Assembly: GCA_017654855.1 (NCBI GenBank) | Contig: JAFMPO010000001.1 | Span: 186,001-250,000 of the forward strand | DNA length: 64,000 nt | Direction of reading: 5' to 3' | From: Podospora anserina | Lineage: Eukaryota | In this document: piece by piece, positions 1 to 14,269 of the stretch | How the letters are laid out: each line of letters opens with the position of its first letter | Position numbering within the stretch: position 1 is the first letter of the stretch | Position numbers and translations under genes: made by a program | The notes under the pieces: model-generated | The model's input: only the letters and a program-made list of their open reading frames with translations | What the model was told of the DNA's origin: nothing | The model's database searches: none

Positions 1-3000
1 TCTTAATAGCATTATACCTCTATTTAGCCGGGCTCTAAATACTACTCTTAAACTAATAAAGGTACCGTTTTTTATTAAGTTCTACTTATTTAATTACCGT
101 TCCTTACCCCGTTAAACTTATATTAAAAATAATAAAAATTTTACCGAAATAATTATTATTAAACGTTAAAAAAACTAAATATAATATTTTTATAATTAAA
201 AAAGTAAGTTACGTTATTATACCCTATTAAACTTTTATTTATTTTTATTTCGTATCCTTCCTTATTAAGAAATATAGCGGAACTATAATTAAATTAAAGA
301 GAGGTACCTATAGTTAATAATAGCCGGTAATCCTTAAGAAAGCACGAATATCTTTTAAATTATAGTAAATTCGTTATTCCCTTATCTTTATTATTTTTAT
401 TTAATTAGGGAAGTATCCGTCCGGTATATAAAAATAGTTAAGGATAATAATTTTTTATTTATATTAAAGGGATTTTATAATTATAATTATAGTTTTTATA
501 AACTTATAATTAAATAAAACTATATTAATATTCTTTAAATACTCTAAAACCTACTTCTTAATTCCTAACCTCTCTTCTTTACTATTATAGTCCCACTTTA
601 GCCTTTTTACTATAATATTATTTAAATATAACCGACATACCTATAGAATAAAATCTTAAAAAACTTTAATTACAGTTCTTTAAAACTAAATTATTAAGTT
701 AGTAGCTCCTTAAAGTAAAGTATATATCCTAAATAGGCCGATAGGTATCGCGAAAGTAATAAGGTCTCGGCTCGTTAAAACTAATTTAACTTAATTATAT
801 TTAGAAAAGAAGTCGAGTAAGGAAGTAATAAAATACCCCCTAAAATCTTCGCTAAACTCCTTAATACTTAAAGGAATAAAGGTATTTTATTATATAACTT
901 TATTATATTTCTAAGCATCGTTAATTAAACGGAAACCACTATCCTTTTTTTTTACTAAAAACTAATTATTATAGTAAGGACTATACACTTCCTTAATAAT
1001 ACCTCTCTTAACCCGTTCCCTAAAAAGTTTAATAACTTTCCCTATAAATAATTTTAAAATTAAAATAAATTTACTTTACTACGTATTATAAAGAATAATT
1101 TTAATATATTAAGTAGGAAAAACCTTTTTAAAGATCCGTCTACACTCGGTAAAATCCTAAGCTAAGGCAGCCTCTTTTATAAATAAGATTATTATAAATA
1201 TTTTAATTTTTTAGTTTATTAAAATATTAATAGTTTATTTAATTAAATCGATTAACCGTTCCGAAATAAAGTATAACCCTCTAATTACTTTAAAAAACTT
1301 AAGTACTATAATATTATTAAATTTTAAACTGTATTATAAGGATTCCTTAATTACCGCCCATCTCCTTACTTTCTAATTCGGATCTCCCTCAAAAGTACTA
1401 TTATCTAACCTAATATTATTAACTAACTTTACCTTCTTATTTACCCTCTTATATATTATTATAGTAGTAATAGTCTCCGCAAGTGTTAACTAAGCTTACT
1501 TAAAAGTAGTAATTAGGCTAGTCTTAATATTATTTTTCTTTTTAAAAAGGGGCGGGGGTAGAGGCGGGCGACGTTTATATAACTATATAGCGAAGAGGCT
1601 ACATTAACTTAGTTAAGTAAGGGACTAATTAAATATCCCTAAATATATAGATGCAATATCGGGCTTAAATAGGGCTGTTATAGTAGTCGTCTGATTAGAC
1701 GGCGACGATGTTTTTAGTAGCGGTAGCGACGGTAATATTAATGGTACTAAATATAGACCTATTATAAAAGTCGGCGGTGGTGGTCGTTCTTTCCTAGAGA
1801 TTTTATCTAGGGTTAGAGTTCTTATCGTAATTTCCACTCTTCTAAGTTAAAACAAATATTTTTCCTTTTAACGTCCTTTCTCTCCCTCCCTCTAATTACT
1901 AACATTTTTTCCTCCTTTACTCTTTATATTCCCCTTTTCTTTATTTTTATAAAAAATAATATTAAACGCTAAATAATAATTTAATAATAATAAACTTAAT
2001 TCCCCTAAAATAAAATTAAATAAAAAATACCTAACTCCTTTATTTAGTCCCCTAATTACTTTATCCCCTTCCTCTAACTCCTCCGTTATTTACTTAAGGA
2101 TAAATATTCCTTTATTAACTAATCCTTTAAATACCTATAAGGATTAACTAATAAAAAAAATATTACCTCGATCCTTACCGTTATATTCCGCCTTTATCTT
2201 ATTAATTACCTCCTTTTTTACTATATAGGCCTTAATTAATTTTCCTTTATATAATATATTTATATTAATTATATAACCTTTTATAAAATTAAAGGTAAAA
2301 CTTATATTTATAAAGAACGGGATATTTAATAATAGGTTATAAAAACCTAAAACTTTAATATTATTAATAATAAAAAAATAATATAAAATTAAAACCTTAA
2401 TTAATATTATTAAAGTTTAAGTTTTACTTATAAACGTAACCGGATTTCTATAAAGGCTTTTAAACTATAGGTTCGTCGATACTATTAATAAATAAAACTT
2501 TTTAACTATAGCCCTATTAATTAGGTTATACTCCGAATTTATATTTAATATTATTAATATTTTCTTTAAAATTAGTAAAACGAAATTATAATATAATAAT
2601 AAAACGTTATAGGTTCTAGTAACGGCTCCTAAAAAAGTTCGTTTACTATCGGAAAGCCGGTTAATAAGCGTAAATAGTAAAGTCTATAATCGTTTTTCTA
2701 AATTATTATTTAATTAAACCTTACCTTTAATAATCTTCTTCTAGATACCTCCCTCGACTATACTATACTTACTATCTACCGTAATCCTATATAAAGTAGG
2801 GATAGTCTTTCTTTAATTAAATAAAAGAATTTTATTATATTTAGCCGTCTAAAAATTCGTTCGAACCGTTAACGGTAAAGCCTCCCCCTTCTATAAAACT
2901 TCTCTCTTTCTATCCGGGATACTTTTAAAAGATCTACGCTACTCGATTATCTTAATATCTTCGGTTATACTTTTTACGTAATTTATTAACCGGTAAATAA

Positions 3001-5754
3001 ATATAAATAAAACCCTATAATATTTTTTTAATATAAATTTAATTTAATTATAAATATATTTTTTAACTTTTTTAATAATATAATCCCTAAAGTTTTTTAC
3101 CTTACTATTAAATAACTTTAAACTACTCCGGACTTTATCCCTTTAATCGAACGAGACTCCCTTTTTAATTACCTTTAGTTTCTTTTACGCGGGGGTAAAT
3201 ATTATTTTCGGATTTTCGACTAAGGCTAAATTATTTATATTTTTTTTTAATAAATCTTCGATTTTTATTCTCTTCGCTCTTTATATATTTACCCTCACTT
3301 CTATTTCTTAATTATAAACGACTATTAAAGTATTATTAAAGTACTTTAGAATATTTTTAAATAATTATTTTTTTATTAAATAGTATTATAAAGTATTTTT
3401 AATAATATAATTATTAATTAAATTTTTATTAAACGGTATATAGAGTTTAAAGTATTTATAAAGTTTATTTAATTTAATATTTATAGCCCTAATTATTTAA
3501 ATAACTATTTACTTCCTTCCTTTAATTAAAGAAACCTCGGGTTTATATCCCTTACCTTTATAAGCTTTTTAGTACTTAACTTATTTCGTATAAGCTTTAT
3601 AAGCTTTATTTAATTTTAATTTTAACGAAATTATAGTACGAACTAAATTACTAACCTTCCCTTTACATTACGCTTTCCTTATATCCTTTTAATTAAACTA
3701 TATTTTTTTATTTTCCGGCCACTTTTTCTTACCGATATATACTTTACTTCCTTTAATATAGTATAGTCCCTACGCTTTATTATACTCTTTTTTTAAATAT
3801 TCTATTAATTTAACGTAATAATTAATTTTACCGTACTAAAAATACTTTTTTAATAAGGGAAGGCTATCGCGGTACTACCCCCCTAATTTTCCGAATTAAA
3901 TTTTAATATTAATAATAAGGAAAGTATTAAAAAATAAATCTATTTCTCTATTAAAGCTAATACTAAAATCTAGGAAGTAAAATATTTAGTTTTTTAAATA
4001 TTAAACGCGGGTCTTTATTATTTTAGATTTACCGTTTCCCGGTATAGAAAAACTATTATAGATATTTACCTTTAAATACTATAGTACTATTTCTTTATTT
4101 ATTATAGCGTTAATTATTATATATTAATTAAATACCTCGGCCGCTTAATTAAAAATAATAGGGGAGGGTATAATAATTAATTTATTTTTTTTATAGATTT
4201 TTCTTCCTATATTATATTTATTTTTAATTATATTATTAATTTAATTGCTTTAAATAATAAAATTTATAGATTTTAAATAACGTTTGGATCCTTTTTGGTT
4301 AATAAAAATTATTTTTATTAATTCGGAGAATTTTATTTAAAAGTAATTAATAACCTTAGCTTTTACTATTTCTTTTTCCCCGGTCGGTACTCGAAAGAAT
4401 AGTTTAAAATAATTAAAAATAACTTTCTTTAACTCGCTTATACCTTTAGGAATAACTTTAATATAAAAATTATTTAATTTTTTATAAATATTTTTATTTT
4501 ATTAGAGGTTATAGATTTTAAAAAAGCGTTTAAAGTAAATAATTAAAATAAATTAAATATCGGTAAGTATAGGTAGGTCTATATATTTATTAATTTATTT
4601 TTTTATATCGAAGTTATATTAAAATTTAAATTTACGAATGTAAAAAGTAAATTCTATAATATAATATTCTTTATAAGTATTTTTGAAATACTTTAGATAT
4701 TCCGTAAAGTATTTTCCTTTAAAATTATTTTTAAAATTAATTTTTTTCGGATTAAGGAATTTACGTTAAGGAAAATATATAAATATTATAGGATAGGGAA
4801 TTAAATAATTAAACGTAAGGGACCTTTAAAAGTAGTAATAATCGGGGTAAGCTTTTATAGGATATAGGTATCCGGGTTATTAGAATTAATATACGAATTT
4901 AAAAAGAGGAGCGGGATATCCGGTATACCGAATAAAAAGCGTAATATAATTTTAAATAATAAAATTTAGGTAAATACGAGGTCTATTTAATACGTTAAAA
5001 ACGTTAAGCTTTATAATCGGGCTACTTTAATTAAAAAGGGGGCGAGGGGTCTTAATATCTTTAAGGTAAACGCGGTTCGTAGCCGGGAAAAAAACGAATA
5101 GTAATAATTCCGGGGACCTAGCTGCCGGAATAACTATTTTTATTACGGAACGAGCCGTAGGAGCTTAATACCCCTAATTATCGCTAGGAAGGTTAACCAA
5201 AATAATAAGTAGGATATTATTAAATATATCGATACTCGATAATTACTATTATATTTATATTAATAGTATAGTTTTTTCTTTATATATATTATTAAAAATA
5301 TAAAAATAGTTATCCCTTATAACTTTAATATATAAGTATAAATTATATTTATTTAGATTAAAGGGAAAGTATCCTCGTCTCTTTATTTTTAAGTTCCTAA
5401 TATTTTAAATTAAACTAACCCGGAAATCCCTACGATTATCTATTATTATTAAATAATATACTAAGAAGATTCCTTTTAATTAAAAATAAAAAAGGACTTT
5501 AATAATTAATACGGAAATAAAATTTATTAACGAACTAATCTTAATTAATATTCTTAATTTACTTCCCGGTCCTATCCGGACTATATATTTAACTCTTTAC
5601 TCGCGGGTAAAAAGTTTAAAGTTTAATCGATAATAAAAGAGTTTTATTTGATTAAACGGAGAAAAATCGTTTCCGTTAAACCTCGCGGGGTTTAATAAAG
5701 TTATCGGTACTTATTATCGTTCGTAGCTTCGTACTTCCTCCAGTACCTAGGGCT
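1..5754 (-). mobile_element. RIP-degraded Ty3/Gypsy LTR retrotransposon, internal gag-pol region (continues left of the window)
   Basis: Very AT-rich and TpA-rich. The minus strand at about 545-640 reads VCRLYLNNIIVKRLKWDYNSKEERLGIKK, a RIP-mutated RT motif (YLDD..VKGPK..Y..EE..PGIR). A GATN-like motif lies near 700 and a protease-like LxxxSExNL near 2530-2560. Confidence 0.85.
1531..1854. mobile_element. Solo LTR (324 bp) inserted in the first Gypsy element
   Basis: GC-richer island. Termini are TATTTT (RIP form of TGTTTT) and AAAACA. Flanked by 5-bp direct repeat AATAT at 1526-1530 and 1855-1859. AGGTCTATAT motif on the minus strand near 1752-1761. Confidence 0.7.
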
Positions 5755-6163
5755 TGTGAGTCTAGTTTGGACCCTGAGCTTTGCTTAACCCGGGCACGAC
5801 CTCCATTTAAAATAGTAAGAAAACACACAAACCAACCACAACACCACAAATATAACCTCAATAGGTTTTTCTGAATGAATCTACCTGCGTGACAGTGACT
5901 CGCTCGCAGGCCGCACTTCACGTAGGACAAAGAAAAGACACTATGGGCTCGCAGGCCACATAATAAATACCGGATTGGCCTGATCAGAGGGCCAGAATTG
6001 CCTGCACGCGTGCAAGGCACAAAATACGAAGAAATAAAAGTCGATGTCCTGTCTAAAATAGAATGCCCGAAGCAGACCGCTTATATACATGACCCCTGAA
6101 CCCCCGAATCCTCCGAGAGCCCCACCTCCTTACTCAAACCCTCAGGCCTGTGACCGCACCCTA
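5755..6163 (-). mobile_element. 5' LTR of the minus-strand Gypsy element, U3 end truncated
   Basis: GC-rich island starting TGTGAG (CTCACA end on the minus strand), with a minus-strand TATA near 6080-6088. It abuts the remnant LTR end of the next element. Confidence 0.65.
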
Positions 6164-8479
6164 AACCAGTATCCCTTTTAAAGGTTCTATATAGAGATTC
6201 GTTATACGTTATATACTTACTTTAACTTTATTACGGATAAATTAAAGGTATTAAAATAACGCTATAACCGGAAATATTAGTATTTAGGGGGGCTCGACCT
6301 AGTTTATTATCGACTAGCTACTCGCTCGTATTTAAAAGCTTAAGAATAAATTACGCCTTTCCCACAATATATTTATATAAAAGAACGCTATACTCTATTA
6401 GGAGATTAGTACCTTACGTAGGGAGGGAGAGCGTACTAAGCTCGAGGTACTTAATCGCTATAGAGGTATAAAGGGAGAGCTAGGAGGGTTTTTAATTTAA
6501 TTTAAAGTTTATTTTCGGTATTACTTTTTTTATTTCCTAAACGAAGAATCTAAAGTAATATACACTACGTTTAGGCTTAAGGATAAAGTATTTATTTAAT
6601 TCGAACCGATTTTAAAAAATTATTTTAATAATAAATATAATAAAAGGAAGGATATTATAAAAAATATTTTAAATCGTATAAAAATTTTAAAAAGAAAATT
6701 AAAGAGGTATTTAAAAAGTATAACGAGGATAAATATATTTAAAAGTAATTAATTAATTTTAAATAAACTCGATTTATTACCGATTACGTTATAGTATTTA
6801 AAATAAATATATTTTATAATATAATTAATAATAAAAGATTAATATAATTATTTTATAACGGGCTTAAAGAAAAATTTAAAAATAAATTATATTAAATAAA
6901 GCGACCGGAGACTATCGACAAATATATTATAATAATAATTTATATTAATAATTAATAATATTAATACCGTAAAAAGTATAAGGATATACGCGTATAAAAA
7001 CCTTATTACTTTAATAATAAAAAAAAAAGATAGTTATATAGGACTTACGTTTCGGGAACTATATACGTAAAGCCTATAGAAATTAATATTATTTAATAAT
7101 AAAAACCGTAAAATTAAAATACTTTAAAAAAGATTATAAGGTATTTAAGTAATTCGGATAAAAAAAAGAGATTACCGTAATTATTATATTGAAAAAATTA
7201 AAAATTATAAAGGTTATAATTATTAAATATTAATAAAGTAAAGTAAAAAATTATTATTAAATATATATATAAAAGAATATTAAATACGTAAAAAACGGAA
7301 AATAGAAGGAAATTAAGCGGGTATAATTAAAAAAACTTTATATTACTAAATAACCTAAAGTAAAAAAATACTTTTAAATAATATAATTATTTAAAAAATA
7401 ATTTACGGCCCTTCGCGAAGGCTAGTAACCTTTAACGGACTACGAATAGTATTTTTAAAAATATTAATATAAAACGAAAGTATAAAATAATAATTCGGTA
7501 TTTATTAATAAGGTCGTTACTATATAGGACGGAGGTAAGAAAGATAAATATTTTTAAGTTATAATATATTAAAAAAATATTTAAATAGTAATATTAATAA
7601 ATAATAATATAAAAATAAATTTAATTTTATTATAATTTGTATATTAAATTAAGATATTATAGAAAAAAAAAAGGAATAAATTATTATATAAAAATTATTT
7701 CCGATATAAAAAGTTTATAGAAAAATATTATTTTTAAATATTATAGTCGAAAGAAATATAATTTTAATTATATTTAATATTATAAATATAGAACCTTCGA
7801 AAAATATAATTCTAAAATAATTATAATATAAAAATTATAATTTAAATATCGATTAAAAAGATAGTAATTACCTATAATTAAAAAAACCTTAAAAGTATTT
7901 AATTAACGATAAAAGATTAAGCGTATATATAAAGTAAAATATAGGATAAGTACCCTTTACGGTATTAATATAAGGAATTTAAAAAGTAATAATATATTTT
8001 ATTAATATAAATAATAAGATTAAAAAAGTAAAGTTAACGATATTAATAAAAATATTAGAGGTTAATAAATATATTTATTATAATAATATAGAGAAAGGCG
8101 AAAAAAAAATAATATTAATAGAATATTAAGGATATTTAACTTTTACGGTTAAATATTTAAAGGGATTTTTAAAGCGAGGCCCGTAAAATTATAAAACTAA
8201 ATTAAAAAAAAAAATTAAATTATAATTATTTAAAGTTTATTATACTAATAATAAATAAAGTAAAGAGTTACGGAAATATTCAAACGAAAATTTAAAAAAG
8301 AATATATTAAAGAGTTTATATCGTTAATAAAATACCTTATATTTTTCGTACTAAAGAAAAATAATAATTTACGATTATATATAAACTACTATTAATTAAA
8401 TAACGAAACGGTAAAAAATAATTATTTATTATTATTAATATTTAAATTATAAAGTTAATTAATAAAGGTATAATACTTT

Positions 8480-9102
8480 TGTTAGCTGGTAAGCCCTGAT
8501 AAGCCTATAATATAGAACCTATACAGGGTTGCTGTAAAAATACAGCAGTGCGCAAGCGGAAGCGGGAGGATACGACGGCAGTGCCGAAGGAAGGTAAAGC
8601 ACTGTAATACAGTGAGGTATAAAGAATAAGAATTGCTTTTATTACCTTTGGCCTTAGCCTTAAGCTTTTTGCCCTTAAGGAAAGAAAGAAAGGAACTATT
8701 CTACAGGAAAGAGGAGAGGTCTATATATAGGCCTTCGTAGGCCTACTGTGGGTCCTGTAGGCCCTGGAAGCCCCTATACCACTTTAGGTATTTAGTGGGC
8801 TTAAGTGGGTCTAGTATAGACTTATAGAAATCTATAGAACCTTCAGTAGCAAAGGTGCCCTGTAAATCACACCATTGTGGCAACTTACTACGTAAGCCTA
8901 TAGCCACTTTGGAAGGTTCTAGTATCCATTGACTAAGCCTCAGGCCACAGTAGCCCTGTAAGCCTTCAAGGGTCCCTTGTAAAGAATATTCTAAAGGGAT
9001 CCAAGCCGGGAAGTTCCATTACTGCTTATAGCAGTACTGCCCACTGTAATATCAATCTATAGGGCAGTAAGTAGGGCACTTAGTAGTACCCACACATTAA
9101 TA
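8480..9102. mobile_element. Solo LTR (623 bp) of a different family, inserted in the RT of the chromoviral element
   Basis: GC-richer island with termini TGTTAG and TTAATA (RIPed CA end). TSD ACTTT at 8475-8479 and 9103-9107. The RT motif order resumes after the insertion. Confidence 0.85.
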
Positions 9103-12100
9103 ACTTTATATATTTAAATATGCTTATTAGATATGTTTATATATAGATTAAAGAAAAAAATAAATAAAAAATAATATTTTATATACCTTATAATTATTTT
9201 AAATATTTCGTAATATTATTTAAACTAATTAATATACCCGTAACGTTTTAATCTTTTATTAATTATACGATCCGGAAATACTTTAATAAAGTAATAATAT
9301 ACTATTTTAATTATATTTTTATTTATTTATATACTTTAGAAAAGTATAAGCGATACGTATAAGAGATATTTAACGCGCTATACGGAGCCGGACTTTTAAT
9401 TAATAAAGAGAAAAGTAAGTTCTATATATAAAAAATAATATATTTAGGATATTTAATATCGTTAAATAAAGTTTATATAAAACTTAAAAAAATTATAGTA
9501 ATTAAAGATTAATTTATATTATAATTATAAATATATATTAAGGAATTTTTAAAGTTTACAAATTTTTATTAAATATTTATTTAAAGGTATATAAATATTA
9601 TATAGCTATTTAATTATTTAATTAAAAAGGATATAAAATTCCAATAAAAGTAAAAAGAAAAGTAAACTTTTTAAAAATTAAAGGAAATTATTTTAAAGGA
9701 TGTAATATTTAAATTATTAAACCCTAATCGATTATTTAAAATCGAAATAAATATATTAAACTATACAATCGGTAAATAATTAGGGTAGCGAAACGATAAT
9801 AGTAAATTATATTTAATAATTTCTTTTTCGAAAAAGCTCGAAGGGTTATATTAAAATTATTTAATTTACGATAAAAAGTTATTTACTATTATCGAAACGT
9901 TTAAAGAATAAAAGTTATATTTTAATAGTACTAAATATAAAATATAAATTTATACGAATTATAAAAATCTATAATACTTTATTATTATAAAAGTTTTTAA
10001 CGTACGGTAAATATAATAATTAAAAAATTTTTCGGAATTTAATTTTTAAATAAATTATAAGAAAGGTTTGAAAAATATTAAAATAAATATATTTAACCGG
10101 TAAATAAACTACTATAAGAATATATTTAAGGAGTTACTATTATTATTTAAAGAAACGTTAAACGGTACTTTTAAGTATTTACTATAATTATAAATAAAGT
10201 ATTATATAGTATATCGTAAAAAAATTATTTTTAATAAATATTAAAGAAAGTTAAATAATAATATTATAGAATAATATTAATAGGAAAAACTAAAACTATA
10301 AAGTATTTAAAAGGATAGTTAAAGAAAATTATAGTATAAAAATCGAGTATATATAATACTAAGTAATAAAATAATATTAGTAATAAAGATTTATAAATCG
10401 AAGTTCGAAAAATATATAAATATTATAAAAACTATAGAAAAAATTAAGTAATATTTTATTTAATTAAAGATTAAAAACAACGTTAAAAGAATTATTTAAT
10501 TATATTATATATATAAAGAAATAAGGGTTACGAAATATAAACTTTATAGATCTCTAAAACTATTATTAATAGTAAACGATTATAAAGTTTAATTATAATA
10601 AATTTTATTATTAAATTATTAAAATTTAAAAATATAATAATCGGTATTAAATATAATAATATATTAATAATAATCGATAGGTTTATTAAATAAATATATT
10701 TTTTATTTTATAAAGAAATTTAATTAATAAAGTAATTAACGAATATAATATTATAGTATATTATATTAATATATATATAATTAAAAAAGTTTATTACGGA
10801 TTATAATATTAAATTTATATTAAAGTTTTAAAGAACGTTAATAACGAAACTAAGGGTAATAAATAAAATATTTTCGGCCTACTACTCTTAAATAAACGGT
10901 TAAATAAAATAATTTAATTAAATTATAAAATAATATTTATAGAATTATATTAATTTTAAGTAAAACGATTAAATTAAAATTATAATTTATAATATAATTA
11001 ATATATAATATATTATTAATTAAAACGATTAAAACTATATTATTTTTCGTAAATTTTAAATATAAAGCAGACCTACGGTAAAAATTAAATATAAAAGTAT
11101 TTAGGGCTAAAGTTAAAGTAAATAAATTATATATATTTTATAATAAATTTAAATAAAAGTTAAAGTTTATAAGGGAAAGAATATAAAAATACTATAATAT
11201 TAAAAAACTCGAAGGACTTTACTTTAAAGGGAGGAATATAGTATTTCTTTCTATATATAATTTATATATTAAAAAACTTAATAAAAAGCTAGACTATAGG
11301 AAAGTAAGCCCGTTTAAGGTTAAAAGAAAGATTTTAAAAACGGTATTTAAATTAAAATTATTTAATATAATATATTTATAATTATATACCTTTTATATTT
11401 TACTTTTAAAACCCGTATTACACGTAAGTAAAATTAATATATAGGCCGTAACGGAAGATAAAAAAAAGTATAATATAAAGGAAATATTAAATTTATAATT
11501 TAATAAAAGTTAATTAAAGTATTTAATTAATTAATTAAAATATTTAATTATAAATAATTTATTGGAATTAAAAATAAATTTTAATTACCTAAATAAATAA
11601 AAGGAATTTCATTAACGATATTTAAACCGACCAAAATCTAAATAAAAAAGACGAGTCTTTAAATTACTACTAAATAGTAATAATATAGAGATTAGAGAAT
11701 TTTAATAAAAGTCGAACTTACGCTTTCAATATAATAATCGACGTACTATATATTATACTATAAAGTTAAAAAGGGTAAAGGGGATTAAATATAAATAATA
11801 TTATATACTTTAATTACTTTAAAAAATAAAAAGTATATTAGCGGCGGTATTTTAGGAGGTTAAAAAGGAAGGACTAACTATACTAGGGTCTAGGGAAAGG
11901 TTAGGTAACTAATTAAAGCTTAAAAAAGGATTTAGAAAAGAAAAGTTAGTACTAAAAATAGTAATAGTAGGAGGGTCGAACGTAAATATTACTTCGTTAA
12001 TAATAATAATACCCCGCTTTAATAAATATTATTTTTATTAATAAAGATAAAATAAATATATAACGGTTTCTTACGCTTTACGCGTAATCTCTTCGGCTTT

Positions 12101-12571
12101 ACGGTAAACGTTTAAGAATCGTTTTTCGGCGGTTAGCTTTTTTAAAAATAAATGGCGATATTCGGTAATTAAGTATTTAATTAAATAAAGTTAAATAAAG
12201 TATTAAGAAAGGAACGGATTAATCGATTTATAATAATAAAAATACTTAACGCGTCGTATAAACGGCTTTAACGTATATATTTACTATAACGGAAAAAATA
12301 TTTATAAAAATAATAAATTAAATTATAAGTAATATAAAAAAAATAAAGTATAACAATAAAACTTTTAAGGTTAATAAAGACGGCTAAAATTAAATAATAA
12401 TAATATTACGGATTAACGTTTAGAGTAAAGGATTACGAGGATTTAAAAACTCTATAAAGGTTAGATATTATAGTAATAAGGAGAAGAGAAGGATTTATAA
12501 ATAAAGAAAAGTAAGTAATAAACGATTATTTTAAACTTTAAATCAACGGAATTTCGATTTAAGAGGAGGGG

Positions 12572-12996
12572 TATTATATTATAATTAAATTAAATAGGTA
12601 GGACGGACCGTATATAGGGTATAAAACGTATAGCTAATCGCTAATAGGATTAATTAGGATAAAGATACGCGATTATAAATAATAAATTAGGAAAATATAG
12701 TGATTGCGGTAATATAATTAATAAGGAGCTACGGAGGATTATAGTAATTATTATAATTATTAAGAACGAGCGGAATAATTATTATAATCAGGGCTTAGCA
12801 CGAGGTCTATATATACGGAAGAACTAGCTAGTGTAGATAGATAGTTTTATAGTATATAATTTAAACTTATATTTACGGTATTTAGTATTTATATTAAAAT
12901 ATCTTATCGTGCACTATTTAGCTGCACCGAACTAATTGTCAGAAGTTACTTTTAACTAGTATCCCTTTCAGAGGTTCTATATAGGGGTTCGTCACA
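12572..12996 (+). mobile_element. 3' LTR of the chromoviral element (partly RIPed)
   Basis: Follows the PPT. It contains the AGGTCTATATATACGG...GGTTCGTCACA block shared with the solo LTRs at 13.5-15.2 kb. The start is uncertain by about 5 bp. Confidence 0.8.
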
Positions 12997-13310
12997 GAGA
13001 GGTAGATAGTTAAGGCAAGCTACGATAAGCCTAACCAATTTGATTAAATAGTAAGCTAAAGAGGGAATAAAGGAAAGCAAATAAAGTCTGGCTATAAGTA
13101 GGGCTCTAAATATAGCTAAACTTAAACCTATAAAAGCACCCACGTGACTTTCACGTGGCTTGCACTGCAAACCTATATGTTATAAGCTAGGGCCGCAATA
13201 GGTATATAAATATTAAATGGAACTATAATAAAGATAAATAGTACGTTAGTTTATATAACGATTTAACTAGGTCTTTCCGTTAATTTATAATTTAGTTTTT
13301 AAATTTACTT

Positions 13311-13460
13311 TAGTTAATTTAAACCTTTTAAAATTAAATATATATTTTCTAAATTAAAATTAATGGGGGGGTAGGGAGTAGAAAGTAATACTGCTTTTAA
13401 CTAAATATCCCACCCAAATCCAAAAGCGGCAATATATTTCCCTTAACCGGGAAGAATAAC
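13311..13460 (+). repeat. Unclassified 150-bp dispersed repeat, RIPed copy
   Basis: Colinear with 31241-31390; the differences are mostly C>T and G>A. Confidence 0.85.
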
Positions 13461-13499
13461 GAGTAAAACGAAGTATAATAGGAAAATATAGCTATTAAT

Positions 13500-14269
13500 T
13501 GTCACGGACCTGACATAAGTGGGGAGCGCGGGGCGCGACCGTCCAACCACTGGAACGGAAAAGTGGGGAAGTCGGATTATCACTAGTGCCAAGGGTGATA
13601 ATCACGATTATCACCAGCCTTCGATGAACGACGAGTGATAATCGACATGTTACGGTTCTGGAAGACAGTGGGGCCACGACGGACCAATCAGGACTGGACC
13701 GCGCAATCGAGCGGGGCTCACGGTCCAGGTGGGCAAACGGACCAATCAGATGGGGACCGGGGACCGCGGCGGAGCTCACGGTCCACGGTCCAGTATCGGC
13801 CAATCAGGAGAGGACCGAGGACCGTCTGTAAGTCAACGGTCCACGGTCCCAAGGTCTATATATACGGAGGAACTGGCCGGTGTAGATAGACAGTTCCGCA
13901 GTATGCAATTCAGCTTGTATTCACGGTATCTAGTGTTTACATTGAGACATCTTGTTGTGCACTGTTTAGCTGCACCGAACCAATTGTCAGAAGTTACCTT
14001 CCACCAGTATCCCTTTCAGAGGTTCTGTACAGGGGTTCGTCACACGACATTATCACTGGTGATAATGGTGATAAACCGGTCTATATATACGGAGGAACTG
14101 GCTGGTGTAGATAGACAGTTCCGCAGTATGCAATTCAGCTTGTATTCACGGTATCTAGTGTTTACATTGAGACATCTTGTTGTGCACTGTTTAGCTGCAC
14201 CGAACCAATTGTCAGAAGTTACCTTTAACCAGTATCCCTTTCAGAGGTTCTGTACAGGGGTTCGTCACA
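13500..14269 (+). mobile_element. Intact solo LTR (outer), split by a nested LTR
   Basis: TGTCAC...GTCACA termini. TSD TTAAT at 13495-13499 and 14270-14274. Not RIPed. Confidence 0.92.
13648..14044 (+). mobile_element. Intact solo LTR (inner, 397 bp) nested in the outer LTR
   Basis: TGTTAC...GTCACA termini. TSD CGACA at 13643-13647 and 14045-14049. Its 3' 192 bp is nearly identical to 14078-14269. Confidence 0.92.

Larger units (their letters stand above)
6164..12996 (+). mobile_element. Near full-length RIP-degraded chromoviral Gypsy element (crapaud-like LTR family)
   Basis: De-RIPed motifs appear in order: RT FVPKK..LRLCVDYRQLN..TVKN.YPLPLI (about 8340-8440), IRIKEGDEWKTAF (about 9140-9180), RNase H (about 9730-10000), integrase VDRFTK / TD...F.S.FW / SAYHPQTDGQTE (about 10670-10910), chromodomain (about 11470-11570). 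Polypurine tract AAGAGGAGGGG at 12561-12571. The 3' LTR ends GGTTCGTCACA at 12996. Only about 43 bp of the 5' LTR survive (6164-6206). Confidence 0.9.

Noticed and set aside
1625-13170. Small ORFs at 1625, 5676 and 12952
   Set aside because: They lie in LTR or relic sequence, have non-ATG starts and show no protein features.
13680-13850. Short GGACC/CCAATCA repeats resembling a repeat-spacer array
   Set aside because: Irregular spacing inside an LTR U3 in a eukaryote; not CRISPR.
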